A DNA stretch of 64,000 nucleotides from positions 960,001 through 1,024,000 of the forward strand of contig OZ243972.1 of the NCBI GenBank assembly GCA_965214705.1, read 5' to 3'. This stretch comes from Alphaproteobacteria bacterium (GTDB taxonomy: Bacteria > Pseudomonadota > Alphaproteobacteria > UBA828). The position numbers and the translations under genes were made by a program. A model generated the notes under the pieces. That model saw nothing but the letters and a program-made list of their open reading frames with translations, ran no database searches and was not told where the DNA came from. Of this stretch, positions 44,765-53,328 are shown piece by piece (positions within the stretch are counted from its first letter, which is position 1; every line of letters begins with the position of its first letter).

Positions 44765-46147
44765 CTACTGGACCCGGTACTCCTCGTCGAGGAAGAAGCG
44801 GCTGTCATAGTCCTCGACGCCAAGGTGGCACTCAGCGCAGAAGACGACGTTCTTGGCGCCCTTGCCGCCGGTCGTGCCGATCGTCCGGCCGCTCGGCATG
44901 ATCAGCGTGTAGCGCCAGTCGCCGGTATCGGCGTCGAAGCCGGCTTCCATCTTCTCCATCAGGAAGAGCGGCCCGGCGCCGATCTTGCCGTTGGGTTTGA
45001 CGGTGAAGCTGTCCTTGGCCAGAACGGTTCCGACGGGCGCTGGCCCCGCCTCTTCGAACTGGCTGTAATTGTCGGCGCCGATGTCGTTGGCGTAGTTGTT
45101 GACGTAGCGCGCGCCGTGGGTATCGGAGACGTAGGGTTGGGCCGCGACGTTCCGCCAATTCTGGTAGGACGCCGCCCACTGATTGCCCGACTTGGCGTAT
45201 CCCTCGGCCATGACCGCACTGATGCAGGCGTAGGCGTCTCGGGCCTCGTCTGCGGTCAACTCGACCTCTTCGCCGGCCGCGCAGGGGTTGCATGGATTGC
45301 AGGCGCCGCACGGGCCGCAAGGGTTCGCCGCACACGGGTTGCAGGGGTTGCACGGTCCACAGGGGTCGCAGGGATTGGCCGCTGCGCACGGATTGCAGGG
45401 GTTGCAAGGGCCGCATGGGTTGCACGGCTCGCACGGGCTGCAGGGACCACAGGGGCTGCAGGCTGCGGCGCAAGGGTTGCAAGGCCCACAAGGGTTGCAG
45501 GCTGCAGCACAGGGATTGCACGGATTACAGGGAGCGCACGGTCCGCAAGGGCTACAAGCACTCGCGCAGGGATTGCATGGACCGCAAGGAGCACATGGCC
45601 CGCAGGGGCTGCCAGCGGCAGCGAGGCGCGGAACCACGCAGTCCGAACTGACCGCAGCGCCCGCCGCGCACGGGTTGCAGGCGCCGCACGGCCCGCAGGC
45701 GCCCGCACAGGGATTGCAAGGGTTGCACGGTCCGCAAGGGCCGCAGGCGCCCGCACAGGGGTTACAGGGCCCACAGGGGTTGCATGCAGCTGCGCAGGGG
45801 TTGCACGGATCACATGGATTACACGGTCCGCAAGCACCACAAGCGGCGTCACAGGGGTTGCAAGGATTACACGGCCCACACGCAGACGCGCAGGGATTGC
45901 ACGGTTCGCACGGACTGCATGGTCCGCGAGGTCCGCATACCGCCGCGCACGGGTTGCACGGACTGCATGGTCCGCACGGGTTGCAGGAGGCGAAGAGCAG
46001 CACTCCCGGATCCTGATGCTGCGGGGTCGCCGCCGGGCTTTCGCCGGTGGATGTACCGGCCGTTGCGTGGCCGCCACTGGTGGCGACCGCGAGCCCGATG
46101 ACCACAGGGACCACCGTTCCGGCAAGCAAGGTGTTCGAGCGTGGCAT
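44765..46147 (-). CDS. Exported cytochrome P460-family protein with a long N-terminal Cys-X-Pro repeat region
   Basis: ATG at 46147 after AGGGAGG, then a signal-like N-terminus and about 235 aa of CxP repeats. C-terminal domain has [36 protein letters not shown] and a C-terminal CAECH. Confidence 0.85.
   Translation of the reverse strand: MPRSNTLLAGTVVPVVIGLAVATSGGHATAGTSTGESPAATPQHQDPGVLLFASCNPCGPCSPCNPCAAVCGPRGPCSPCEPCNPCASACGPCNPCNPCDAACGACGPCNPCDPCNPCAAACNPCGPCNPCAGACGPCGPCNPCNPCAGACGPCGACNPCAAGAAVSSDCVVPRLAAAGSPCGPCAPCGPCNPCASACSPCGPCAPCNPCNPCAAACNPCGPCNPCAAACSPCGPCSPCEPCNPCGPCNPCNPCAAANPCDPCGPCNPCNPCAANPCGPCGACNPCNPCAAGEEVELTADEARDAYACISAVMAEGYAKSGNQWAASYQNWRNVAAQPYVSDTHGARYVNNYANDIGADNYSQFEEAGPAPVGTVLAKDSFTVKPNGKIGAGPLFLMEKMEAGFDADTGDWRYTLIMPSGRTIGTTGGKGAKNVVFCAECHLGVEDYDSRFFLDEEYRVQ
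45281..45985 (-). repeat. Coding tandem repeat, (Cys-X-Pro)n in two blocks
   Basis: 9-bp periodic TGY-NNN-CCN units; two blocks separated by [18 protein letters not shown]. Confidence 0.95.
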
Positions 46148-46279
46148 GTCGGGCCTCCCTTGATGGCGTGATGGCGGCACTCTGAGCGAATTGTCGGCGA
46201 GCGCATGGTGCGGGGCAAACCCCTTCGACTCAAATTTTTGTGATTCCCGTGCCGGGTGAGCGGCAGCTAGGCTGCTGCA

Positions 46280-47155
46280 ATGGTTTTCTCCCGCGCACTT
46301 CTTGCGGTCTGTCTCGCGACCTGTGGCCTGGTCCTCGGGGGCGCTTCATATGCTGGTTCGGTGCCAGTTCCAGTCCTGGCGGAGGTCCCGGCCGGCCCCT
46401 TCATCGCGGGCTCCGACGCGGCCGAGCGGGAATACGCCTACCAGCTCGACGAGGCGGCCTACGGCCACTCCCGAACGCGGGAGCGCGGCTGGTACGATCG
46501 CGAGCGCCCGCGCGGAACCAAGTCACTGGACGGCTTCTTCATCATGCGCACGCTGATCACCAATGCCCAGTACGCGGCGTTCGTGGATGCCACGGGCCAC
46601 CGCGTGCCCGATGTCGATCCCGAGACCTGGCGCGGCTACAGGCTGATCCACCCTTACGAGCGCACCCGCCGCCACGCGTGGACGGAGGGAGTTCCGCCGC
46701 CTGGGCGCGAAAACCATCCCGTGGTCATGGTCTCGCACGACGACGCCAATGCCTACGCGGCCTGGCTCTCGGCCGAGACCGGGCGCGCCTGGCGTCTCCC
46801 CACCGAGCTGGAATGGGAGAAGGCCGCACGCGGCACGGACGGCCGCAACTTCCCCTGGGGCGATACGTTCGACCCAGCGCTGCTCAACAGCCACGATGCC
46901 GGTCCCTTCGACACGCTGCCGGTCGGGAGCTTTCCTGCCGGTGCAAGCCTTTACGGCCTCCTCGATGCGGCAGGCATGGTCTTCGAGTGGACCGCCTCGC
47001 CCGGCAATACGGGGCGCTTTCTGGTGAAGGGCGGATCGTGGGACGACAGCGGCTGCGGCATCTGCCGCCCTGCGGCACGGCACGGCCGGCCGGCGGACAT
47101 CAAGCACATCCTCGTCGGCTTCCGCCTCGTCGTCGATCCGGGCGCGGGGGGTTAG
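46280..47155 (+). CDS. Formylglycine-generating enzyme (SUMF1/FGE-sulfatase) family protein, probably exported
   Basis: Signal-like N-terminus, [57 protein letters not shown]. Confidence 0.9.
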   Translation: MVFSRALLAVCLATCGLVLGGASYAGSVPVPVLAEVPAGPFIAGSDAAEREYAYQLDEAAYGHSRTRERGWYDRERPRGTKSLDGFFIMRTLITNAQYAAFVDATGHRVPDVDPETWRGYRLIHPYERTRRHAWTEGVPPPGRENHPVVMVSHDDANAYAAWLSAETGRAWRLPTELEWEKAARGTDGRNFPWGDTFDPALLNSHDAGPFDTLPVGSFPAGASLYGLLDAAGMVFEWTASPGNTGRFLVKGGSWDDSGCGICRPAARHGRPADIKHILVGFRLVVDPGAGG

Positions 47156-47237
47156 CCTCCTCGGTCTGGCAAGAGCAAGCCCGCGACACTATCTTTTCCT
47201 GGCGGCACAGCCAGCGAACGGGCGACAGAGCGGCAGA

Positions 47238-47999
47238 ATGGCCCAGGCTTCAGCGGCGAAGAATGAGCGGCAGGAGGAGACCCGCCACCTCGACATGGCG
47301 ACACAGCCGGTGAAGCGGCTGCGCATGATGCTCGCCGCCGGCGAGGAGGTGCAGGAGGTCGAGCGGGTGCTCGGCAGAACCGGCGATAATGTGGTGAGCG
47401 AGCTGCTGCGCGGGCGCGGGACGTTCTACGAGTGGGACCATTACCCGAAAGGGGACGTCTTCGACGGTCAGAGCCACTCCCAGTATTTCTACCACGCCCA
47501 TCCCGGCGGCTTCCGGGATACCGAGCACGGGCATTTCCACACCTTCGTGCGCGCCAAGGGGATGCCGCGCGGCATGAAGCCCGTGCGCCGCAAGAAGCGC
47601 GACAAGTGGCCCATGGGTGACAAAGCGCTCACCCACGTCATCGCCATCTCGATGGGGTCGAAGGGTCAGCCTCTCAGGCTTTTCACCACCAACCGCTGGG
47701 TCACCGGCGAGACCTGGTATCGCGCGGATGACGTGGCAAAGGTGATCGGCCGCTTCGTCATCGACCACGCCCGCCCGTCATGGCCGACCAACCGCTGGGT
47801 CGGCGCCATGATCCGCCTCTTCTGGCCGCAGATCATCCTGCTGGTCAAGGCGCGTGATCAGGTGATCGAGAACTGGGCTGCCCAGAATCCGAAGCAGGAT
47901 ACCCTCGAAGATCGCCGCCTCGAGGTCGTCTCGCAGGCCGAGGTGGATATCGAGGCCCAGATCGCCGCAGTCAAGGCGGCCCTCGCCGCGAGAACCTGA
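47238..47999 (+). CDS. His-rich conserved protein, DUF6969-like
   Basis: WDHYPKGDVFD, QYFYHAH, EHGHFHTF, THVIAISM, LFTTNRWVTGETW, LEDRRLEV. Family recalled from motifs, not verified by search. Confidence 0.75.
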   Translation: MAQASAAKNERQEETRHLDMATQPVKRLRMMLAAGEEVQEVERVLGRTGDNVVSELLRGRGTFYEWDHYPKGDVFDGQSHSQYFYHAHPGGFRDTEHGHFHTFVRAKGMPRGMKPVRRKKRDKWPMGDKALTHVIAISMGSKGQPLRLFTTNRWVTGETWYRADDVAKVIGRFVIDHARPSWPTNRWVGAMIRLFWPQIILLVKARDQVIENWAAQNPKQDTLEDRRLEVVSQAEVDIEAQIAAVKAALAART

Positions 48000-48041
48000 G
48001 GCGCAGTCGGCCCGCCGCTGTCACGGCTCCCGTACCGCAAC

Positions 48042-48069
48042 AAAGAACGCCGCCTCTCCCGAGGCGGCG
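48042..48069 (-). terminator. Rho-independent terminator of the small Cys-rich peptide gene
   Basis: CGCCGCCTC-N4-GAGGCGGCG stem followed on the minus strand by TTCTTT. Confidence 0.75.
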
Positions 48070-48100
48070 CCCTTGGATACCGTTGTCGTTACTCTCAAAC

Positions 48101-48415
48101 TTACTCGGCAGCACACGGATCGCACGGGTTGCAAGCCGCGCACGGGTCGCACGGGTTGCAGGCCGCGCACGGGTCGCACGGATTGCAGGCATCCGCGACA
48201 ACGATGCGCTCGTCCAAGGAAGATTCGCACGGATTGCAACCGCCGCATGGGTTGCAAGCCTCGCACGGGTTACAGGCCCCGCACGGGTTGCACGGATCCT
48301 CGTGCGAGTCCGCAACGACGATCGGCTGCTCCCCAGCGGACACGGCCGACGGCGCAAGAGCGGCGCCGGCCGCCATGGTAACGATACTCACGGCGACCAC
48401 TGTTTCCTTGATCAT
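48101..48415 (-). CDS. Small exported Cys-rich peptide with CNPC/CDPC repeats (104 aa, 17 Cys)
   Basis: Strong GAGGAGGAG RBS, Sec-type signal ending AVSA, two IVVAD-led Cys blocks, its own terminator. Confidence 0.85.
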   Translation of the reverse strand: MIKETVVAVSIVTMAAGAALAPSAVSAGEQPIVVADSHEDPCNPCGACNPCEACNPCGGCNPCESSLDERIVVADACNPCDPCAACNPCDPCAACNPCDPCAAE

Positions 48416-48585
48416 TTTCGTAGTCTCCTCCTCGCAGACGCGAATTTAGTTGGTTTGAATTGGGGCTTCGCGCCGCCTCGGCGGACTGTCGAACCATGCG
48501 AAGCCCATGTCATTGTGGTGTATATCGGCAGTGCGCAAAAGTGCTTTCGTTTCAATGACGCGAATTTGAACGCCGGAGACGACCG

Positions 48586-49371
48586 ATGCCGGTCGCGAGC
48601 AGCGAAGATTACGCGAGGCTGGCGGCCACCGCGCGGCGATTGGCGCTGGAGGCCGGGCGGACTATCATGGTCTTCTACCGCGAAGGCACGCTGGTCGAGA
48701 CCAAGGCCGATTCCACACCCGTGACCGAGGCGGACCGCGCCGCAGACGGTCTCATCGTCACAGGCTTGCAGGCCGCGACCCCCGACATCCCCGTGATTTC
48801 CGAGGAGAGCACAAGCACAGGCCCGCCACCCGCCGGCGGGCGCTTCTGGCTGGTCGATCCGCTCGACGGGACACGGGAGTTCATCGCACGCACCAACGAG
48901 TTCACGGTCAATATCGCCTTGATCGAGGATGGCCGACCGGTGCTCGGCGTACTCCACGCCCCGGTCCAGGGCGAGACCTATCTCGCCGACGGGCAGGGCG
49001 GCGCCGTGCGCATCGTTGGCGACGGGGCGCCGCAGCCGATAGGCGCGCGGCCGGTGCCCGGTGAGGGCCCGGCCGTGATCGCCAGCCGCTCTCACCGCGA
49101 TGCCGAGACCGATGCGTTCATCGCGGGTCTGGGGCCTGCGCGGATCGAGAGCGCAGGCAGCGCCCTCAAGTTCGGCCTGCTCGCGCGGGGCGCGGCCGAT
49201 GTGTACCCACGCTTCGGCCGCACCATGGAGTGGGACACCGCCGCCGGCCACACAATCCTCTCCGCCGCTGGCGGCCATGTCCGCGACCTGAACGGGCGCG
49301 AGTTGCGCTATGGCAAGGCGGGGTTCGTGAATCCGCCCTTCGTGGCCTGCGGCGTGGATGGGGCCCGATGA
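48586..49371 (+). CDS. cysQ: 3'(2'),5'-bisphosphate nucleotidase
   Basis: KADSTPVTEAD, ISEE, FWLVDPLDGTREF, EFTVNIAL, SRSH, GSALKF, TMEWDTAAG. Confidence 0.93.
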   Translation: MPVASSEDYARLAATARRLALEAGRTIMVFYREGTLVETKADSTPVTEADRAADGLIVTGLQAATPDIPVISEESTSTGPPPAGGRFWLVDPLDGTREFIARTNEFTVNIALIEDGRPVLGVLHAPVQGETYLADGQGGAVRIVGDGAPQPIGARPVPGEGPAVIASRSHRDAETDAFIAGLGPARIESAGSALKFGLLARGAADVYPRFGRTMEWDTAAGHTILSAAGGHVRDLNGRELRYGKAGFVNPPFVACGVDGAR

Positions 49372-50030
49372 CACCCCCCGACGCCCAGGCCGGCCCTCCG
49401 TGCCTCGCACCGACCCCCGATGTCATCGCGCAGGCCGCGCGGGTGATCAGAGACGGTGGGCTCGTCGGGCTGCCGACCGACACGGTCTACGGCCTCGCCG
49501 CCGATGCCGCCAGCGATGCGGCCGTGGCAGGCGTCTTTCGTGCCAAGGGCCGGCCGGTCGGCAAGCCGCTCATCGCCCTCATCGCCACGATGGCGATGGC
49601 CGAAGCATGTGGCGAATTCTCTACCCCGGCCCTGGCGCTCGCCGATGCCTTCTGGCCCGGCCCGCTGACCCTGGTGCTGCCGCGTGGCCCAGCCTCGCCC
49701 CTCTCGCCGCTGGTTCACCAGGGCGCGCCCGGCGTCTCTCTGCGCATTCCCGGCAACGAGACTGCGCGTGCCGTCGTTGAGGCCGCGGAGCGGCCGGTGA
49801 CGGCGCCGAGCGCCAATCCCTCGGGCGCGCCGAGCCCGCTCACCGCACAAGAGGTGGCGACCGGCCTCGGGGCAGCGGTCGCGCTGGTGATCGACGGCGG
49901 CAGGGCCGCCGATAGCCTCGGCTCGACGCTACTCGACCTCACCGGGGACATCCCGCGTCTGCTCCGCGCAGGCGTCGTGAGTGCCCCGGCAATCGAGAGC
50001 GTGATTGGCCCTATCGTTCGCGCGGACTGA
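49368..50030 (+). CDS. tsaC: L-threonylcarbamoyladenylate synthase (Sua5/YrdC)
   Basis: PTDTVYGL, KGRP..KPL, FWPGPLT, APSANPSG; ATGA overlap with cysQ. Confidence 0.9.
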   Translation: MTPPDAQAGPPCLAPTPDVIAQAARVIRDGGLVGLPTDTVYGLAADAASDAAVAGVFRAKGRPVGKPLIALIATMAMAEACGEFSTPALALADAFWPGPLTLVLPRGPASPLSPLVHQGAPGVSLRIPGNETARAVVEAAERPVTAPSANPSGAPSPLTAQEVATGLGAAVALVIDGGRAADSLGSTLLDLTGDIPRLLRAGVVSAPAIESVIGPIVRAD

Positions 50031-50916
50031 GAAACTGCGTTAGGCCGACGGTGCCGCTGCCCCTGCGCGCGGGCTGCTGTTGAGAATCGTGCGGGCGCCA
50101 GCCTGTAAGATAGAGCACCTGGAAGGTGGCCGGGATACGCCCGTCGCCGCTACCGAACATCTCCTGGTAACCGTCTGCGGCGACACGGAAAGTAGCCCGC
50201 CGGGCAAAGTGCCGCGCCCGCCCGCGAGCGGCGTTGGCCTCGCCCATGGCGCGGAGATCGCGCATCAGCGCGTCGGCGCTCTCGTAGGTGACCGTGATCC
50301 GATCGCTGTCCACCACCGGCAGCGCAAAACCGGTCCGCTGCAACAGGGCGCCGAGGGTCTGGACATCGGGGAAGGGCGAGACATGGGGCCGCGCGCCGCC
50401 TTCCTGCCCCGCTTCCGCTTGCAGGAACGCCTCGCGCAGTTCAAACAAGGTCTCGCCGCCCAGCATCGCCACCAGCAGCAGGCCGTCCGGCCTGAGCGCC
50501 TGCCTGATCTGGACCAGCGCCCCCGGCAAGTCGTTCACCCAGTGCAGGCTGAGCGCGCTCACCACGAGATCGAGCGAGTCCGCGCGGATCGGCAGCCACT
50601 CCTCGTCGGCGACGAGGCGCGCGGGGCCCGAAGCGCGCGCCACCATGGCCGGCGAGAAGTCCGCCTCGATGAGCAAGTCGGGCGCGGCCTGCCGATGTAG
50701 CATCGGCCCGAGCTGCCCGCTGTGGCAACCAAGGTCGAGCACGCGGGGGAAGCGGCGCTTGACGTCTTCGAGCCGGCCCACCAGCCGCTCGCCCACCTCG
50801 CGAACCAGGAAGTCGCCACGCCCCGCGAAGCAAGCGGCGGCGCGGTCGCGGTGGGCGCGCACGGCGGCACGGTCGAAGACCGCGGCGCCGTCGGGCTGAG
50901 CCGCGCGCTGGGTCAT
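50011..50916 (-). CDS. SAM-dependent methyltransferase (BioC/NDUFAF5-like)
   Basis: FDR..V..HRDRAA, LDLGCH.G, LHWVNDLPG, TL.ELR, LPVVD, DLRAMGE, QQQP..RGS; divergent from comF. Confidence 0.9.
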   Translation of the reverse strand: MTQRAAQPDGAAVFDRAAVRAHRDRAAACFAGRGDFLVREVGERLVGRLEDVKRRFPRVLDLGCHSGQLGPMLHRQAAPDLLIEADFSPAMVARASGPARLVADEEWLPIRADSLDLVVSALSLHWVNDLPGALVQIRQALRPDGLLLVAMLGGETLFELREAFLQAEAGQEGGARPHVSPFPDVQTLGALLQRTGFALPVVDSDRITVTYESADALMRDLRAMGEANAARGRARHFARRATFRVAADGYQEMFGSGDGRIPATFQVLYLTGWRPHDSQQQPARRGSGTVGLTQFLSPRER

Positions 50917-50973
50917 GTCGCCGGTTATGGCATGATGGACAGGAGGCTGGAAGCGCACGCGGGAGTCGGGCTA

Positions 50974-51741
50974 ATGCTGAGCGGCGCGCACGGGTGGCCA
51001 TTGGCGATGCTGGCGCGGGTGGCCGCAACGGGCGCCATCGACATGGTTCTGCCGCCTTCGTGCCTCGCATGCCATGCGGCGGTCAGCGAGGCCGGCGGGC
51101 TCTGCCCCGACTGCTGGAACCGCATCAGCTTCATCGGCCGGCCCTGCTGCGCGCGCTGCGGCCTGCCGTTCACGATCGAGGCAGCCCCGGACGCGATCTG
51201 CGGCGACTGCGCCCGCGTGCCGCCCGTCTTCGACCGGGCGCGCGCGGCCTTCCTCTATGAAGGCGCAGGCCGCGAGCTGATCCTCGCCTTCAAGATGGCC
51301 GATCGCTCGTGGCTCGCGCCCAGGCTGGCCACGTGGCTGCAGCGCGCGGCCGCGCCGCTCCTGCCCGAGACGGATTTGGTGGTGCCGGTGCCGCTGCACC
51401 GCTGGCGGCTGCTGGCGCGGCGATTCAACCAGGCGGCGGTGCTCGCCCGGCTCATGGCGCGCGAGGCGGATGTTGCGATGGTCCCGGACCTCCTGGTGCG
51501 GACGCGGCGGACGGCGACGCAGACCCGGCTCTCGCGCGTCGAGCGGCGGCGCAACGTGCGGGGCGCGTTCGCGGTGCGGCGCTCACGCGCGCCGCTGGTT
51601 GCCGGGCGCAATGTCCTCCTGGTGGACGACGTCATGACCACCGGTGCCACCGTCTCGGCCTGTGCTCGTGCGCTGCGCAAAGCGGGCGCTGCGCGGGTCG
51701 ATGTGACCACTCTTGCGCGCGCCTTGCCGAGCCGTCCATGA
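50974..51741 (+). CDS. comF: ComF family protein (double zinc ribbon + PRTase)
   Basis: CLAC..LCPDC..CARC..CGDC, VPVPLH..R..RRFNQA, LLVDDVMTTGAT; start approximate. Confidence 0.88.
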   Translation: MLSGAHGWPLAMLARVAATGAIDMVLPPSCLACHAAVSEAGGLCPDCWNRISFIGRPCCARCGLPFTIEAAPDAICGDCARVPPVFDRARAAFLYEGAGRELILAFKMADRSWLAPRLATWLQRAAAPLLPETDLVVPVPLHRWRLLARRFNQAAVLARLMAREADVAMVPDLLVRTRRTATQTRLSRVERRRNVRGAFAVRRSRAPLVAGRNVLLVDDVMTTGATVSACARALRKAGAARVDVTTLARALPSRP

Positions 51742-51772
51742 TGCCGGCCTGCACCGAGCATTGGGGGATACC

Positions 51773-52633
51773 ATGACCAAAACCCTTCGGGTCGCCTGCG
51801 TTCAGCCCTCCAGCGGCCAGGACATGCAGACCAACCTCGATGCGGCCGGCGCCCTTGTACGCGAGGCCCGCGCCGCCGGCGCGGAGCTGATCGCGCTGCC
51901 CGAAAATATCGCCCTGATGGAGCACCGGACGGAGCTGGTGCAGGCGAACGCCCGCCCGCTCGACGCCCATCCGGCGGCGCGGTTCTTCAGTGCGCTCGCG
52001 GAGGAGCTGGAGGTTTGGCTGCTCGCGGGCTCGATGGGGGCGGATGCCGGCGACGGCCGAATCGCCAACCGCTCCGTCCTGATCGACCCGTCAGGCACCA
52101 TCGTCGCCACCTACGACAAGATCCACATGTTCGACGTGGACCTGCCGAACGGCGAGGTCTACCGCGAGAGCGACGCCTTCCGCCCCGGTGGGCAGGCGGT
52201 GGTGGCGGAGACGCCCTGGGGCGGCCTCGGCATGACCGTCTGCTATGACCTGCGCTTTCCCCAGCTTTACCGGGCGCTGGCCCATGCCGGGGTGCGGCTC
52301 ATCACCGTGCCCGCAGCGTTCACCAAGCATACGGGCGAAGCGCATTGGCACGTTCTAATGCGGGCGCGCGCCATCGAGAGCGGCTGCTTCGTGATCGCGC
52401 CCTGCATGTGGGGCAGCCACTCCGGCGACCGCCAGACCTACGGCCACTCGCTGATCGTCGATCCCTGGGGTGAGGTGCTGGCCGATGCCGGCGAGGGCGT
52501 CGGCATTATCACGGCCGATCTTGAGCTTGCGCGCGTGGAGCAGGTGCGCGCCGCAATCCCGGCGCTGGCGCACGACCGCGCCTTCTCGCCGCCGGCCGGT
52601 TCGGAACAGGAGCTCCGCCGCGCCGCCGGCTGA
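51773..52633 (+). CDS. Carbon-nitrogen hydrolase (Nit1-like)
   Basis: LPE, YDKIHMFDV, VCYDLRFP, AHWHVL.RARAIE, TYGHS. Confidence 0.92.
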   Translation: MTKTLRVACVQPSSGQDMQTNLDAAGALVREARAAGAELIALPENIALMEHRTELVQANARPLDAHPAARFFSALAEELEVWLLAGSMGADAGDGRIANRSVLIDPSGTIVATYDKIHMFDVDLPNGEVYRESDAFRPGGQAVVAETPWGGLGMTVCYDLRFPQLYRALAHAGVRLITVPAAFTKHTGEAHWHVLMRARAIESGCFVIAPCMWGSHSGDRQTYGHSLIVDPWGEVLADAGEGVGIITADLELARVEQVRAAIPALAHDRAFSPPAGSEQELRRAAG

Positions 52634-52693
52634 AATTTTACGTTTCCCTCAACGGCGGGCGCGCGCTCCGGACCGCTTCACGGTCCGGCCCTG

Positions 52694-53233
52694 TTACATT
52701 GCGGGCTTTATGGGCTTCCGGGCGCAGAGGTGCTGAACGATCTTGGGATTGGGCGGTGGGACTGCGTGGTGCTCGTAGGCGACGACTGTGAGACGGCCTG
52801 CGGCGAGCGCCAGCAGCTCGCCGCGCTGTAGCAGGTAGTCCGGGTTGCGCGGGCGGCCAAAGCGTTCGTTGCCGACGGCGAAGGTCTCGTAAAGGAAGAC
52901 GCCGCCCGGCAGGAGGCAATCCACGAGCGGGACCAGAAGCGGGCGGAACAGATAATCCGTCACCACCACGGCATCGAACCGGCGTCCGACGAGCGGCTCG
53001 GCACCGGGGCGCTCCAAGTCCATCTCGACGATCTCGACCTGTGGGTCGTCTGCGAGGTCGGCGAGGCCCGAGGTGTCGATGTCGATGGCCGTGACCCGCA
53101 GGCCGTGCTCGCGTAGATAGCGCGTGTGCCGGCCGCCGCCGCAGGCGAGATCGAGCACGTGGCCGCCTTCGGCGATCAGGCCCGCATGGCGGACGATCCA
53201 GGCGGAGGGGACGGACGAGCGATGACTGTGCAT
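52694..53233 (-). CDS. Class I SAM-dependent methyltransferase
   Basis: PSAWI, VLDLACGGGRH, YLFRPL, YETFA.GN..FGRP.NPD.LL. Confidence 0.88.
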   Translation of the reverse strand: MHSHRSSVPSAWIVRHAGLIAEGGHVLDLACGGGRHTRYLREHGLRVTAIDIDTSGLADLADDPQVEIVEMDLERPGAEPLVGRRFDAVVVTDYLFRPLLVPLVDCLLPGGVFLYETFAVGNERFGRPRNPDYLLQRGELLALAAGRLTVVAYEHHAVPPPNPKIVQHLCARKPIKPAM

Positions 53234-53328
53234 GGCAGCAATAGCGGTGGGGACAGTTGAATCTTCGTATAGTTTCGGGGTTTTATGGTACGTTGCAGTG
53301 ACCGTGACAGCGAGCCGGGCGCACCCAC

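Noticed and set aside
45288-46016. Plus-strand collagen-like ORF (GLQ-GPH-GLH, Gly every third residue)
   Set aside because: Antisense shadow of the Cys-X-Pro repeat. It has no evident RBS or signal peptide and is confined to the repeat, while the minus-strand frame has an RBS, a signal and a P460 domain.
45281-48295. Possible CRISPR array or multiheme cytochrome in the repeat regions
   Set aside because: The repeats are in-frame coding units without unique spacers and no cas genes are present. The CxxC motifs lack the His needed for heme c attachment.
44242-48415. Assignment to known bufferin/oxazolin-type (DUF692/MNIO) or ranthipeptide systems
   Set aside because: No DUF692-like enzyme or radical SAM maturase in the cluster. 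The only radical SAM in the window is MoaA.
48129-48449. Plus-strand His/Gly-rich repeat ORF (HGSHGLQAA)
   Set aside because: Shadow of the minus-strand Cys peptide, which owns the RBS and terminator
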